A stretch of 64,000 nt of DNA from Eledone cirrhosa. Its lineage: Eukaryota. A model generated the notes under the pieces. It did no database searches. It was given only the letters and a program-made list of their open reading frames with translations, and was not told the DNA's origin. Of the stretch, positions 1 to 13,650 are shown in pieces. The stretch covers positions 267,840,001-267,904,000 of the forward strand of contig OZ024743.1 of assembly GCA_964016885.1 (NCBI GenBank), in the 5' to 3' direction. How positions within the stretch are numbered: position 1 is the stretch's first letter; each line of letters starts with the position of its first letter. The translations under genes were made by a program, and so were the position numbers.

Positions 1-3000
1 GGTGTTGTTGTTGTTGTTGCTAATAGTGTCGTTCTCTTTGGTGGTGGTGTTGCTGTTGTTGTTGCTAATAGTGTCGTACTCTTTGGTGGTGGTGTTGTTG
101 TTGTTGTTGCTAATGGTGTCGTTCTCTTTGGTGGTGTTGTTGTTGTTGTTGTTGCTAATAGTGGCGTTCTCTTTGGTGGTGGTGGTGTTGTTGTTGTTGT
201 TGTTGCTAATAGTGTCGTTCTCTTTGGTGGTGGTGTTGTTGTTGTTGTTGCTATTAGTGTCGTTCTCTTTGGTGGTGGTGGTGTTGTTGTTGTTGCTAAT
301 AGTGTCGTTCTCTTTGGTGGTGGTGTTGTTGTTGTTGTTGCTAATAGTGTCGTACTCTTTGGTGGTGGTGTTGTTGTTGTTGCTAATAGTGTCGTTCTCT
401 TTGGTGGTGGTGTTGTTGTTGTTGTTGCTAATAGTGTCGTACTCTTTGGTGGTGGTGTTGTTGTTGTTGTTGCTAATAGTGTCGTACTCTTTGGTGGTGG
501 TGTTGTTGTTGTTGTTGCTAATAGTGTCGTTCTCTTTGGTGGTGGTGTTGTTGTTGTTGTTGCTATTAGTGTCGTTCTCTTTGGTGGTGGTGTTGTTGTT
601 GTTGTTGCTAATAGTGTCGTTCTCTTGGTGGTGGTGTTGTTGTTGTTGTTGCTAATAGTGTCGTACTCTTTGGTGGTGGTGTTGTTGTTGTTGTTGCTAA
701 TAGTGTCGTACTCTTTGGTGGTGGTGTTGTTGTTGTTGTTGCTAATAGTGTCGTTCTCTTTGGTGGTGGTGTTGTTGTTGTTGTTGCTAATAGTGTCGTA
801 CTCTTTGGTGGTGGTGTTGTTGTTGTTGTTGCTAATAGTGTCGTTCTCTTTGGTGGTGGTGTTGTTGTTGTTGTTGCTAATAGTGTCGTACTCTTTGGTG
901 GTGGTGTTGTTGTTGTTGTTGCTAATAGTGTCGTTCTCTTTGGTGGTGGTGTTGTTGTTGTTGTTGCTAATAGTGTCGTACTCTTTGGTGGTGGTGTTGT
1001 TGTTGTTGTTGCTAATTGTGTCGTTCTCTTTGGTGGTGTTGTTGTTGTTGCTAATAGTGTCGTACTCTTTGGTGGTGGTGTTGTTGTTGTTGTTGTTCCT
1101 AATAGTGTCGTTCTCTTTGGTGGTGGTGGTGTTGTTGTTGTTGTTGCTAATAGTGTCGTTCTCTTTGGTGGTGGTGGTGTTGTTGTTGTTGTTGCTAATA
1201 GTGTCGTTCTCTTTGGTGGTGGTGGTGTTGTTGTTGTTGTTGCTAATAGTGTCGTTCTGTTTGGTGGTGGTGTTGTTGTTGTTGTTGCTAATAGTGTCGT
1301 TCTCTTTGGTGGTGTTGTTGTTGTTGTTGTTGCTAATAGTGTCGTTCTCTTGGTGGTGGTGTGTTGTTGTTGTTGCTAATAGTGTCGTTCTCTTTGGTGG
1401 TGGTGGTGTTGTTGTTGCTAATAGTGTCGTTTCTTTGGTGGTGGTGTTGTTGTTGTTGTTGATAATAGTGTCGTTCTCTTTGGTGGTGGTGGTGTTGTTG
1501 TTGTTGCTAATAGTGTCGTTCTCTTTGGTGGTGGTGGTGTTGTTGTTGCTAATAGTGTCGTTCCCTTTGGTGGTGGTGTTGTTGTTGTTGTTGCTAATAG
1601 TGTCGTTCTCTGTGGTGGTGTTGTTGTTGTTGTTGTTGCTAATAGTGTCGTTCTCTTTGGTGGTGTTGTTGTTGTTGTTGTTGCTAATAGTGTCGTTCTC
1701 TTTGGTGGTGTTGTTGTTGTTGTTGTTGCTAATAGTGTCGTTCTCTTTGGTGGTGTTGTTGTTGTTGTTGTTGCTAATAGTGTCGTTCTCTTTGGTGGTG
1801 TTGTTGTTGTTGTTGTTGCTAATAGTGTCGTTCTCTTTGGTGGTGTTGTTGTTGTTGTTGTTGCTAATAGTGTCGTTCTCTTTGGTGGTGGTGTTGTTGT
1901 TGTTGTTGCTAATAGTGTCGTTCTCTTTGGTGGTGGTGGCGTTGTTGTTGTTGTTGCTAATAGTGTCGTTCTCTTTGGTGGTGGTGGTGTTGTTGTTGTT
2001 GCTAATAGTGTCGTTCTCTTTGGTGGTGGTGTTGTTGTTGTTGTTGCTAATAGTGTCGTTCTCTTTGGTGGTGGTGGTGTTGTTGTTGTTGTTGCTAATA
2101 GTGTCGTTCTCTTTGGTGGTGGTGGTGTTGTTGTTGTTGCTAATAGTGTCGTTCTCTTTGGTGGTGGTGTTGTTGTTGTTGTTGCTAATAGTGTCGTTCT
2201 CTTTGGTGGTGGTGGTGTTGTTGTTGTTGCTAATAGTGTCGTTCTCTTTGGTGGTGTTGTTGTTGTTGTTGTTGCTAATAGTGTCGTTCTCTTTGGTGGT
2301 GGTGTTGTTGTTGTTGTTGCTAATAGTGTCGTTCTCTTTGGTGGTGGTGGTGTTGTTGTTGTTGTTGCTAATAGTGTCGTTCTCTTTGGTGGTGGTGGTG
2401 TTGTTGTTGTTGCTAATAGTGTCGTTCTCTTTGGTGGTGGTTTTGTTGTTGTTGTTGCTAATAGTGTCGTTCTCTTTGGTGGTGGTGGTGTTGTTGTTGT
2501 TGCTAATAGTGTCGTTCTCTTTGGTGTTGTTGTTGTTGTTGTTGTTGCTAATAGTGTCGTTCTCTTTGGTGGTGGTGGTGTTGTTGTTGTTGCTAATAGT
2601 GTCGTTCTCTTGGTGGTGGTGGTGTTGTTGTTGTTGCTAATAGTGTCGTTCTCTTTGGTGGTGGTGTTGTTGTTGTTGTTGCTAATAGTGTCGTTCTCTT
2701 TGGTGGTGATGGTGGTGTTGTTGTTGCTAATAGTGTCGTTCTCTTTGGTGGTGGTGTTGTTGTTGTTGTTGCTAATAGTGTCGTTCTCTTTGGTGGTGGT
2801 GTTGTTGTTGTTGTTGTTGCTAATAGTGTCGTTCTCTTTGGTGGTGGTGGTGTTGTTGTTGCTAATAGTGTCGTTCTCTTTGGTGGTGGTGTTGTTGTTG
2901 TTGCTAATAGTGTCGTTCTCTTTGGTGGTGGTGGTGGTGTTGTTGTTGCTAATAGTGTCGTTCTCTTTGGTGGTGGTGGTGTTGTTGTTGTTGTTGCTAA

Positions 3001-6000
3001 TAGTGTCGTTCTCTTTGGTGGTGGTGGTGGTGTTGTTGTTGCTAATAGTGTCGTTCTCTTTGGTGGTGTTGTTGTTGTTGTTGCTAATAGTGTCGTTCTC
3101 TTTGGTGGTGGTGGTGGTGTTGTTGTTGTTGTTGTTGCTAATAGTGTCGTTCTCTTTGGTGTTGTTGTTGTTGTTGTTGTTGTTGCTAATAGTGTCGTTC
3201 TCTTTGGTGGTGGTGTTGTTGTTGTCGTTGTTGCTAATAGTGTCGTTCTCTTTGGTAGTGGTGTTGTTGTTGTTGTTGCTAATAGTGTCGTTCTCTTTGG
3301 TGGTGGTGTTGTTGTTGTTGTTGCTAATAGTGTCGTTCTCTTGGTGGTGGTGTTGTTGTTGTTGTTGTTGCTAATAGTGTCGTTCTCTTTGGTGGTGGTG
3401 GTGTTGTTGTTGTTGCTAATAGTGTCGTTCTCTTTGGTGGTGGTGTTGTTGTTGTTGTTGCTAATAGTGTCGTTCTCTTTGGTGGTGGTGTTGTTGTTGT
3501 TGTTGTTGCTAATAGTGTCGTTCTCTTTGGTGGTGTTGTTGTTGTTGCTAATAGTGTCGTTCTCTTTGGTGGTGGTGGTGGTGGTGTTGTTGTTGCTAAT
3601 AGTGTCGTTCTCTTTGGTGGTGGTGGTGGTGTTGTTGTTGCTAATAGCGTCGTTCTCTTTGGTGGTGTTGTTGTTGTTGTTGCTAATAGTGTCGTTCTCT
3701 TTGGTGGTGGTGTTGTTGTTGTTGTTGTTGCTAATAGTGTCGTTCTCTTTGGTGGTGGTGTTGTTGTTGTTGTTGCTAATAGTGTCGTTCTCTTTGGTGG
3801 TGGTGGTGTTGTTGTTGTTGCTAATAGTGTCGTTCTCTTTGGTGGTGGTGTTGTTGTTGTTGTTGTTGCTAATAGTGTCGTTCTCTTTGGTGGTGGTGTT
3901 GTTGTTGTTGCTAATAGTGTCGTTCTCTTTGGTGGTGGTGGTGGTGTTGTTGTTGCTAATAGTGTCGTTCTCTTTGGTGGTGGTGTTGTTGTTGCTAATA
4001 GTGTCGTTCTCTTTGGTGGTGGTGTTGTTGTTGCTAATAGTGTCGTTCTCTTTGGTGGTGGTGTTGTTGTTGTTGTTGTTGCTAATAGTGTCGTTCTCTT
4101 TGGTGGTGTTGTTGTTGTTGCTAATAGTGTCGTTCTCTTTGGTGGTGGTGGTGGTGGTGTTGTTGTTGCTAATAGTGTCGTTCTCTTTGGTGGTGGTGGT
4201 GGTGTTGTTGTTGCTAATAGCGTCGTTCTCTTTGGTGTTGTTGTTGTTGTTGCTAATAGTGTCGTTCTCTTTGGTGGTGGTGTTGTTGTTGTTGTTGTTG
4301 CTAATAGTGTCGTTCTCTTTGGTGGTGGTGTTGTTGTTGTTGTTGCTAATAGTGTCGTTCTCTTTGGTGGTGGTGGTGTTGTTGTTGTTGCTAATAGTGT
4401 CGTTCTCTTTGGTGGTGGTGTTGTTGTTGTTGTTGTTGCTAATAGTGTCGTTCTCTTTGGTGGTGGTGTTGTTGTTGTTGTTGCTAATAGTGTCGTTCTC
4501 TTTGGTGGTGGTGTTGTTGTTGTTGTTGCTAATAGTGTCGTTCTCTTTGGTGGTGTTGTTGTTGTTGTTGCTAATAGTGTCGTTCTCTTTGGTGGTGGTG
4601 GTGTTGTTGTTGCTAATAGTGTCGTTCTCTTTGCTGTTGGTGGTGTTGTTGTTGTTGCTAATAGTGTCGTTCTCTTTGGTGGTGGTGTTGGTGGTGTTGT
4701 TGTTGCTAATAGTGTCGTTCTCTTTGGTGGTGGTGGTGTTGTTGTTGCTAATAGTGTCGTTCTCTTTGGTGGTGGTGGTGGTGTTGTTGTTGCTAATAGT
4801 GTCGTTCTCTTTGGTGGTGGTGTTGTTGTTGTTGTTGTTGTTGTTGTTGCTAATAGTGGCGTTCTCTTTGCTGGTGGTGTTGTTGTTGTTGCTAATAGTG
4901 TCGTTCTCTTTGGTGGTGGTGGTGTTGTTGCTAATAGTGTCGTTCTCTTTGGTGGTGGTGGTGTTGTTGTTGCTAATAGTGTCGTTCTCTTTGGTGGTGG
5001 TGGTGTTGTTGTTGCTAATAGTGTCGTTCTCTTTGGTGGTGGTGGTGTTGTTGTTGCTAATAGTGTCGTTCTCTTTGCTGTTGGTGGTGTTGTTGTTGTT
5101 GCTAATAGTGTCGTTCTCTTTGGTGGTGGTGTTGGTGTTGTTGTTGTTGCTAATAGTGTCGTTCTCTTTGGTGGTGGTGTTGTTGTTGTTGTTGCTAATA
5201 GTGTCGTTCTCTTTGGTGGTGGTGGTGTTGTTGTTGCTAATAGTGTCGTTCTCTTTGCTGTTGGTGGTGTTGTTGTTGTTGCTAATAGTGTCGTTCTCTT
5301 TGGTGGTGGTGTTGGTGTTGTTGTTGTTGCTAATATTGTCGTTCTCTTTGGTGGTGGTGGTGGTGTTGTTGTTGCTAATAGTGTCGTTCTCTTTGGTGGT
5401 GGTGTTGCTGTTGTTGTTGCCAATAGTGTCGTTCTCGTTGCTGGTGGTGTTGTTGTTGTTGTTGCTAATAGTGTCGTTCTCTTTGGTGGTGGTGTTGTTG
5501 TTGTTGTTGCCAATAGTGTCGTTCTCTTTGGTGGTGGTGTTGTTGTTGTTGCTAATAGTGTCGTTCTCTTTGGTGGTGGTGTTGTTGTTGTTGTTGCTAA
5601 TAGTGTCGTTCTCTTTGGTGGTGGTGTTGTTGTTGTTGCTAATAGTGTCGTTCTCTTTGGTGGTGGTGCTGTTGTTGTTGCTAATAGTGTCGTTCTCTTT
5701 GGTGGTGGTGGTGGTGTTGTTGTTGCTAATAGTGTCGTTCTCTTTGTTAGTGGTGTTGTTGTTGTTGTTGCTAATAGTGTCGTTCTCTTTGGTGGTGGTG
5801 TTGTTGTTGTTGTTGCCAATAGTGTCGTTCTCTTTGGTGGTGGTGTTGTTGTTGTTGTTGTTGCTAATAGTGTCGTTCTCTTTGGTGGCGGTGTTGTTGT
5901 TGTTGTTGTTGCTAATAGTGTCGTTGTCTTTGGTGGCGGTGTTGTTGTTGTTGCTAATAGTGTCGTTCTCTTTGGTGGCGGTGGTGTTGTTGTTGTTGCT

Positions 6001-9000
6001 ATTAGTGTCGTTCTCTTTGGTGGCGGTGTTGTTGTTGTTGCTAATAGTGTCGTTCTCTTTGGTGGCGGTGGTGTTGTTGTTGTTGCTAATAGTGTCGTTC
6101 TCTTTGGTGGTGGTGTTGGTGTTGTTGTTGTTGCTAATAGTGTCGTTCTCTTTGGTGGCGGTGGTGTTGTTGTTGTTGCTAATAGTGTCGTTCTCTTTGG
6201 TGGTGGTGTTGTTGTTGTTGTTGTTGCTAATAGTGTCGTTCTCTTTGGTGGCGGTGTTGTTGTTGTTGTTGTTGCTAATAGTGTCGTTCTCTTTGGTGGC
6301 GGTGTTGTTGTTGTTGTTGCTAATAGTGTCGTTCTCTTTGGTGGCGGTGTTGTTGTTGCTAATAGTGTCGTTCTCTTTGGTGGTGGTGTTGTTGTTGTTG
6401 TTGCTAATAGTGTCGTTCTCTTTGGTGGTGGTGGTGTTGTTGTTGTTGCTAATAGTGTCGTTCTCTTTGGTGGTGGTGTTGTTGTTGTTGTTGCTAATAG
6501 TGTCGTACTCTTTGGTGGTGGTGTTGTTGTTGTTGTTGCTAATAGTGTCGTTCTCTTTGGTGGTGGTGTTGTTGTTGTTGTTGCTAATAGTGTCGTTCTC
6601 TTTGGTGGTGGTGTTGGTGATGTTGTTGCTAATAGTGTCGTTCTCTTTGGTGGCGGTGTTGTTGTTGTTGCTAATAGTGTCGTTCTCTTTGGTGGTGGTG
6701 TTGTTGTTGTTGTTGCTAATAGTGTCGTTCTCTTTGCTGGTGGTGGTGTTGTTGTTGCTAATAGTGTCGTTCTCTTTGGCGGTGGTGTTGGTGTTGTTGT
6801 TGCTAATAGTGTCGTTCTCTTTGGTGGTGGCGGTGTTGTTGTTGCTAATAGTGTCGTTCTCTTTGGTGGTGGTGTTGTTGTTGTTGTTGTTGCTAATAGT
6901 GTCGTTCTCTTTGGTGGCGGTGTTGTTGTTGTTGCTAATAGTGTCGTTCTCTTTGGTGGTGTTGTTGTTGTTGTTGTTGCTAATAGTGTCGTTCTCTTTG
7001 CTGGTGGTGGTGTTGTTGTTGCTAATAGTGTCGTTCTCTTTGGCGGTGGTGTTGGTGTTGTTGTTGCTAATAGTGTCGTTCTCTTTGGTGGTGGTGGTGT
7101 TGTTGTTGTTGCTAATAGTGTCGTTCTCTTTGGTGGTGGTGTTGTTGTTGTTGTTGCTAATAGTGTCGTTCTCTTTGGTGGTGGTGTTGTTGTTGTTGTT
7201 GCTAATAGTGTCGTTCTCTTTGGTGGTGTTGTTATTGTTGTTGTTGCTAATAGTGTCGTTCTCTTTGGTGGTGGTGTTGTTGTTGTTGCTAATAGTGTCG
7301 TTCTCTTTGGTGGTGGTGGTGTTGTTGTTGTTGCTAATAGTGTCGTTCTCTTTGGTGGTGGTGGTGTTGTTGTTCTTGCTAATAGTGTCGTTCTCTTTGG
7401 TGGTGGTGTTGTTGTTGTTGTTGCTAATAGTGTCGTTCTCTTTGGTGGTGGTGGTGTTGTTGTTGTTGCTAATAGTGTCGTTCTCTTTGGTGGTGGTGTT
7501 GTTGTTGTTGTTGCTAATAGTGTCGTTCTCTTTGGTGGTGTTGTTGTTGTTGTTGTTGCTAATAGTGTCGTTCTCTTTGGTGGTGTTGTTGTTGTTGTTG
7601 TTGCTAATAGTGTCGTTCTCTTTGGTGGTGGTGTTGTTGTTGTTGTTGTTGCTAATAGTGTCGTTCTCTTTGGTGGTGGTGGTGGTGTTGTTGTTGCTAA
7701 TAGTGTCGTTTTCTTTGGTGGTGGTGTTGTTGTTGTTGTTGCTAATAGTGTCGTTCTCTTTGGTGGTGGTGTTGTTGTTGTTGTTGCTAATAGTGTCGTT
7801 CTCTTTGGTGGTGGTGGTGTTGTTGTTGCTAATAGTGTCGTTCTCTTTGGTGGTGGTGGTGGTGTTGTTGTTGTTGTTGCTAATAGTGTCGTTCTCTTTG
7901 GTGGTGGTGTTGTTGTTGTTGTTGCTAATAGTGTCGTTCACTTTGGTGGTGGTGGTGTTGTTGTTGTTGCTAATAGTGTCGTTCTCTTTGGTGGTGGTGG
8001 TGTTGTTGTTGCTAATATTGTCGTTCTCTTTGCTGGTGGTGTTGTTGTTGTTGTTGCTAATAGTGTCGTTCTCTTTGCTGGTGGTGGTGGTGGTGTTGTT
8101 GTTGCTAATAGTGTCGTTCTCTTTGGTGGTGGTGTTGTTGTTGTTGCTAATAGTGTCGTTCTCTTTGGTGGTGGTGGTGTTGTTGTTGTTGCTAATAGTG
8201 TCGTTCTCTTTGGTGGTGGTGGTGTTGTTGTTGTTGTTGCTAATAGTGTCGTTCTCTTTGGTGGTGGTGTTGTTGGTGTTGTTGCTAATAGTGTCGTTCT
8301 CTTTGGTGGTGGTGTTGTTGTTGTTGCTAATAGTGTCGTTCTCTTTGGTGGTGGTGGTGTTGTTGTTGCTAATAGTGTCGTTCTCTTTGGTGGTGGTGGT
8401 GGTGGTGTTGTTGCTAATAGTGTCGTTCTCTTTGGTGGTGGTGTTGTTGTTGTTGTTGCTAATAGTGTCGTTCTCTTTGGTGGTGGTGGTGTTTTTGTTG
8501 TTGCTAATAGTGTCGTTCTCTTTGGTGGTGGTGGTGTTGTTGTTGCTAATAGTGTCGTTCTCTTTGGTGGTGGTGGTGTTGGTGTTGTTGTTGTTGCTAA
8601 TAGTGTCGTTCTCTTTGGTGGTGGTGGTGTTGGTGTTGTTGTTGTTGCTAATAGTGTCGTTCTCTTTGGTGGTGGTGGTGGTGTTGTTGTTGTTGCTAAT
8701 AGTGTCGTTCTCTTTGGTGGTGGTGGTGTTGTTGTTGCTAATAGTGTCGTTCTCTTTGGTGGTGGTGTTGTTGTTGTTGTTGCTAATAGTGTCGTTCTCT
8801 CTGGTGGTGGTGGTGTTGTTGTTGTTGCTAATAGTGTCGTTCTCTTTGCTGGTGGTGGTGTTGTTGTTGCTAATAGTGTCGTTCTCTTTGGTGGTGGTGT
8901 TGTTGTTGTTGTTGCTAATAGTGTCGTTCTCTTTGGTGGTGTTGTTGTTGTTGTTGCTAATAGTGTCGTTCTCTTTGGTGGTGGTGGTGTTGTTGTTGCT

Positions 9001-12000
9001 AATAGTGTCGTTCTCTTTGGTGGTGGTGGTGGTGGTGGTGTTGTTGCTAATAGTGTCGTTCTCTTTGGTGGTGGTGTTGTTGTTGTTGCTAATAGTGTCG
9101 TTCTCTTTGGTGGTGGTGGTGTTGTTGTTGTTGCTAATAGTGTCGTTCTCTTTGGTGGTGGTGGTGTTGTTGTTGTTGTTGCTAATAGGTTCGTTCTCTT
9201 TGGTGGTGGTGGTGGTGTTGTTGTTGTTGCTAATAGTGTCGTTCTCTTTGGTGGTGGTGGTGTTGTTGTTGCTAATAGTGTCGTTCTCTTTGGTGGTGGT
9301 GGTGGTGGTGTTGTTGCTAATAGTGTCGTTCTCTTTGGTGGTGGTGTTGTTGTTGTTGTTGCTAATAGTGTCGTTCTCTTTGGTGGTGGTGGTGGTGTTG
9401 TTGTTGCTAATAGTGTCGTTCTCTTTGGTGGTGGTGTTGTTGTTGTTGTTGCTAATAGTGTCGTTCTCTTTGGTGGTGGTGGTGGTGTTTTTGTTGTTGC
9501 TAATAGTGTCGTTCTCTTTGGTGGTGGTGGTGTTGTTGTTGCTAATAGTGTCGTTCTCTTTGGTGGTGGTGGTGTTGGTGTTGTTGTTGTTGCTAATAGT
9601 GTCGTTCTCTTTGGTGGTGGTGGTGGTGTTGTTGTTGCTAATAGTGTCGTTGTCTTTGGTGGTGGTGTTGTTGTTGTTGTTGCTAATAGTGTCGTTCTCT
9701 TTGGTGGTGGTGGTGTTGTTGTTGTTGCTAATAGTGTCGTTCTCTTTGGTGGTGGTGGTGTTGGTGTTGTTGTTGTTGCTAATAGTGTCGTTCTCTTTGG
9801 TGGTGGTGGTGGTGTTGTTGTTGTTGCTAATAGTGTCGTTCTCTTTGGTGGTGGTGGTGTTTTTGTTGTTGCTAATAGTGTCGTTCTCTTTGGTGGTGGT
9901 GGTGTTGGTGTTGTTGCTAATAGTGTCGTTCTCTTTGGTGGTGGTGTTGTCGTTGTTGTTGCTAATAGTGTCGTTCTCTTTGGTGGTGGTGGTGGTGTTG
10001 TTGTTGTTGCTAATAGTGTCGTTCTCTTTGGTGGTGGTGGTGTTGTTGTTGTTGCTAATAGTGTCGTTCTCTTTGGTGGTGGTGGTGTTGGTGTTGTTGT
10101 TGTTGCTAATAGTGTCGTTCTCTTTGGTGGTGGTGGTGGTGGTGTTGTTGCTAATAGTGTCGTTCTCTTTGGTGGTGGTGGTGTTGTTGTTGCTAATAGT
10201 GTCGTTCTCTTTGGTGGTGGTGGTGTTAGTGTTGTTGTTGTTGCTAATAGTGTCGTTCTCTTTGGTGGTGGTGGTGGTGGTGTTGTTGCTAATAGTGTCG
10301 TTCTCTTTGGTGGTGGTGGTGTTGTTGTTGTTGCTAATAGTGTCGTTGTCTTTGGTGGTGGTGTTGTTGTTGTTGTTGCTAATAGTGTCGTTGTCTTTGG
10401 TGGTGGTGGTGTTGTTGTTGTTGTTGCTAATAGTGTCGTTGTCTTTGGTGGTGGTGTTGTTGTTGTTGTTGCTAATAGTGTCGTTCTCTTTGGTGGTGGT
10501 GGTGTTGTTGTTGTTGCTAATAGTGTCGTTCTCTTTGGTGGTGTTGTTGTTGTTGTTGTTGCTAATAGTGTCGTTCTCTTTGGTGGTGGTGTTGGTGTTG
10601 TTGTTGTTGCTAATAGTGTCGTTCTCTTTGGTGGTGGTGGTGGTGGTGTTGTTGCTAATAGTGTCGTTCTCTTTGGTGGTGGTGGTGTTGGTGTTGTTGT
10701 TGTTGCTAATAGTGTCGTTCTCTTTGGTGGTGGTGGTGGTGGTGTTGTTGCTAATAGTGTCGTTCTCGTTGGTGGTGGTGGTGGTGGTGTTGTTGTTGTT
10801 GCTAATAGTGTCGTTGTCTTTGGTGGTGGTGTTGTTGTTGTTGTTGCTAATAGTGTCGTTGTCTTTGGTGGTGGTGTTGTTGTTGTTGTTGCTAATAGTG
10901 TCGTTGTCTTTGGTGGTGGTGTTGTTGTTGTTGTTGCTAATAGTGTCGTTCTCTTTGGTGGTGGTGTTGTTGTTGTTGCTAATAGTGTCGTTCTCTTTGG
11001 TGGTGGTGGTGGTGGTGTTGTTGCTAATAGTGTCGTTCTCTTTGGTGGTGGTGGTGTTGGTGTTGTTGTTGTTGCTAATAGTGTCGTTCTCTTTGGTGGT
11101 GGTGGTGGTGGTGGTGTTGTTGCTAATAGTGTCGTTCTCTTTGGTGGTGGTGGTGTTGGTGTTGTTGTTGTTGCTAATAGTGTCGTTCTCTTTGGTGGTG
11201 GTGGTGGTGGTGTTGTTGCTAATATTGTCGTTCTCTTTGGTGGTGGTGTTGTTGTTGTTGCTAATAGTGTCGTTCTCTTTGGTGGTGGTGGTGGTGGTGT
11301 TGTTGCTAATAGTGTCGTTCTCTTTGGTGGTGGTGTTGTTGTTGTTGCTAATAGTGTCGTTCTCTTTGGTGGTGGTGGTGGTGTTGTTGCTAATAGTGTT
11401 GTTCTCTTTGGTGGTGGTGGTGGTGTTTTTGTTGCTAATAGTGTCGTTCTCTTTGGTGGTGGTGGTGTTGTTGTTGTTGCTAATAGTGTCGTTCTCTTTG
11501 GTGGTGGTGGTGGTGGTGTTGTTGCTAATAGTGTTGTTCTCTTTGGTGGTGTTGGTGTTGTTGTTGCTAATAGTGTCGTTCTCTTTGGTGGTGGTGGTGT
11601 TGTTGTTGTTGCTAATAGTGTCGTTCTCTTTGGTGGTGGTGGTGGTGTTGTTGCTAATAGTGTTGTTCTCTTTGGTGGTGGTGTTTTTGTTGTTGCTAAT
11701 AGTGTCGTTCTCTTTGGTGGTGGTGGTGTTGTTGTTGTTGCTAATAGTGTCGTTCTCTTTGGTGGTGGTGGTGTTGTTGTTGTTGTTGCTAATAGTGTCG
11801 TTCTCTTTGGTGGTGGTAGTGGTGTTGTTGTTGTTGCTAATAGTGTCGTTCTCTTTGGTGGTGGTGATGGTGTTGTTGTTGCTAATAGTGTCGTTCTCTT
11901 TGGTGGTGGTGTTGTTGTTGTTGTTGTTGCTAATAGTGTCGTTCTCTTTGGTGGTGGTGTTGGTGTTGTTGTTGCTAATAGTGTCGTTCTCTTTGGTGGT

Positions 12001-12580
12001 GGTGTTGTTGTTGTTGTTGCTAATAGTGTCGTTCTCTTTGGTGGTGGTGGTGGTGTTGTTGCTAATAGTGTTGTTCTCTTTGGTGGTGTTGGTGTTGTTG
12101 TTGCTAATAGTGTCGTTCTCTTTGGTGGTGGTGGTGTTGTTGTTGTTGCTAATAGTGTCGTTCTCTTTGGTGGTGGTGGTGGTGTTGTTGCTAATAGTGT
12201 TGTTCTCTTTGGTGGTGTTGGTGTTGTTGTTGCTAATAGTGTCGTTCTCTTTGGTGGTGGTGGTGTTGTTGTTGTTGCTAATAGTGTCGTTCTCTTTGGT
12301 GGTGGTGGTGTTGTTGTTGCTAATAGTGTCGTTCTCTTTGGTGGTGTTGTTGTTGTTGTTGTTGCTAATAGTGTCGTTCTCTTTGGTGGTGGTGGTGTTG
12401 TTGTTGTTGCTAATAGTGTCGTTCTCTTTGGTGGTGGTGGTGTTGTTGTTGCTAATAGTGTTGTTCTCTTTGGTGGTGGTGTTGTTGTTGTTGTTGCTAA
12501 TAGTGTCGTTCTCTTTGGTGGTGGTGTTGTTGTTGTTGTTGCTAATAGTGTCGTTCTCTTTGGTGGTGGTGTTGTTGCTG
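1..12580. repeat. Minisatellite array, ~36-51 bp units: constant 21-bp core GCTAATAGTGTCGTTCTCTTT + variable (GGT)n(GTT)n; roughly 300 units, runs off the window start
   Basis: Seen directly. The very long ORFs (IVSFSLVVVLLL / KENDTISNNNTTT / KRTTLLATTTPPP) are translations of this repeat. Confidence 0.98.
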
Positions 12581-13270
12581 ATGGTGTCGTTCTCCTTGCT
12601 GTTGGTGGTGGTGCTGGTGGTGTTGCTGACGGTGTCGTTCCTTTGCTGTTGGTGGTTGTGTTTTAGTTGGGGATGGTGTTGCTACTGTCACTGCTGCAGC
12701 TGCTGTTGCTGTTGATGCATTTTCTTGTTGTTGTTGAAGATGAAGATGATGTCGTATTCTAGATTGTTGTTATTGTTGATGTTGATATTGTTGTTTACGC
12801 CGCTGCTGCTGCTGCTGATGATGTTATTGTTGTTTATCTTAGTGCTCTTGCAATTCTTGCTATTCTTGCTTTTTGCTATTGTTGTTGTTGATATTGTTGT
12901 TGCTGTAGTTGTTGTTGTTGTTGTTTTTGATGTTGGTGTTGTAGTTGTTGATAGTGTAACTAGATGATGTTCCTGGCCAGTTCTTTGAAGTCATTTAATG
13001 TCTTTGTTTGCAATTACAATAGTGAAGAAATCAAAGGATATTGGTAGCATCGATTCAGTGGTGCATTTCATTGTCATACTGTCGTGGTGGTCATAGTGGT
13101 AGTGGTTGTAGTAGTATCCGTACTACTAATAATAGTTGTAGTGGTACTTCTAGTTTTCATGGTGGTCATGTTGGGGGCCGCTGTAGTTGTAGAAGAAATA
13201 ATACTAGTGAGTGTGGTTGTGGTGATGTCACTGTTTGTGTGGGGTCATGCTGGTCATGGGTTGTAGTAGC

Positions 13271-13326
<56 letters not shown>

Positions 13327-13332
13327 TAGTGC

Positions 13333-13377
<45 letters not shown>

Positions 13378-13650
13378 GACTGGCGTTGGTGGTGCTGGTG
13401 GTGCTGGCGGTCGCGGTGGTAGTGTTGGTGATCTTGCTGGTTGTCATAGTCGTATTAGTAATATTAGTAGTTATAGTAATAGTGGTGTTGTTGTTGGTGG
13501 TGGTGATTGTGGCTGTAATAGAAATAACGCATGAAATATTAGTAATATTTGTACTGAGTCGTATTAGAAACAGCAGCAACAGCAATAGAATCAACAGCGG
13601 CACCAGTAGAAACAGCAGTAGAAACAACAGCAATAGTAGTAATCAAAAGC
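12581..13650. repeat. Degenerate trinucleotide low-complexity region (GTT/GGT/GTA/GCT), including a near-pure (GTA)n tract at ~13262-13376
   Basis: Seen directly; frames are interrupted by stops. Confidence 0.85.

Noticed and set aside
1-12580. CRISPR-like pattern of a constant 21-bp repeat with variable spacers
   Set aside because: The spacers are only (GGT)n(GTT)n length variants, there are no cas genes, and the context is eukaryotic.
2-12715. Giant Leu/Val-rich plus-strand ORFs (up to 3124 aa) as membrane proteins
   Set aside because: Pure translation of the repeat, with non-ATG starts and no domain content.
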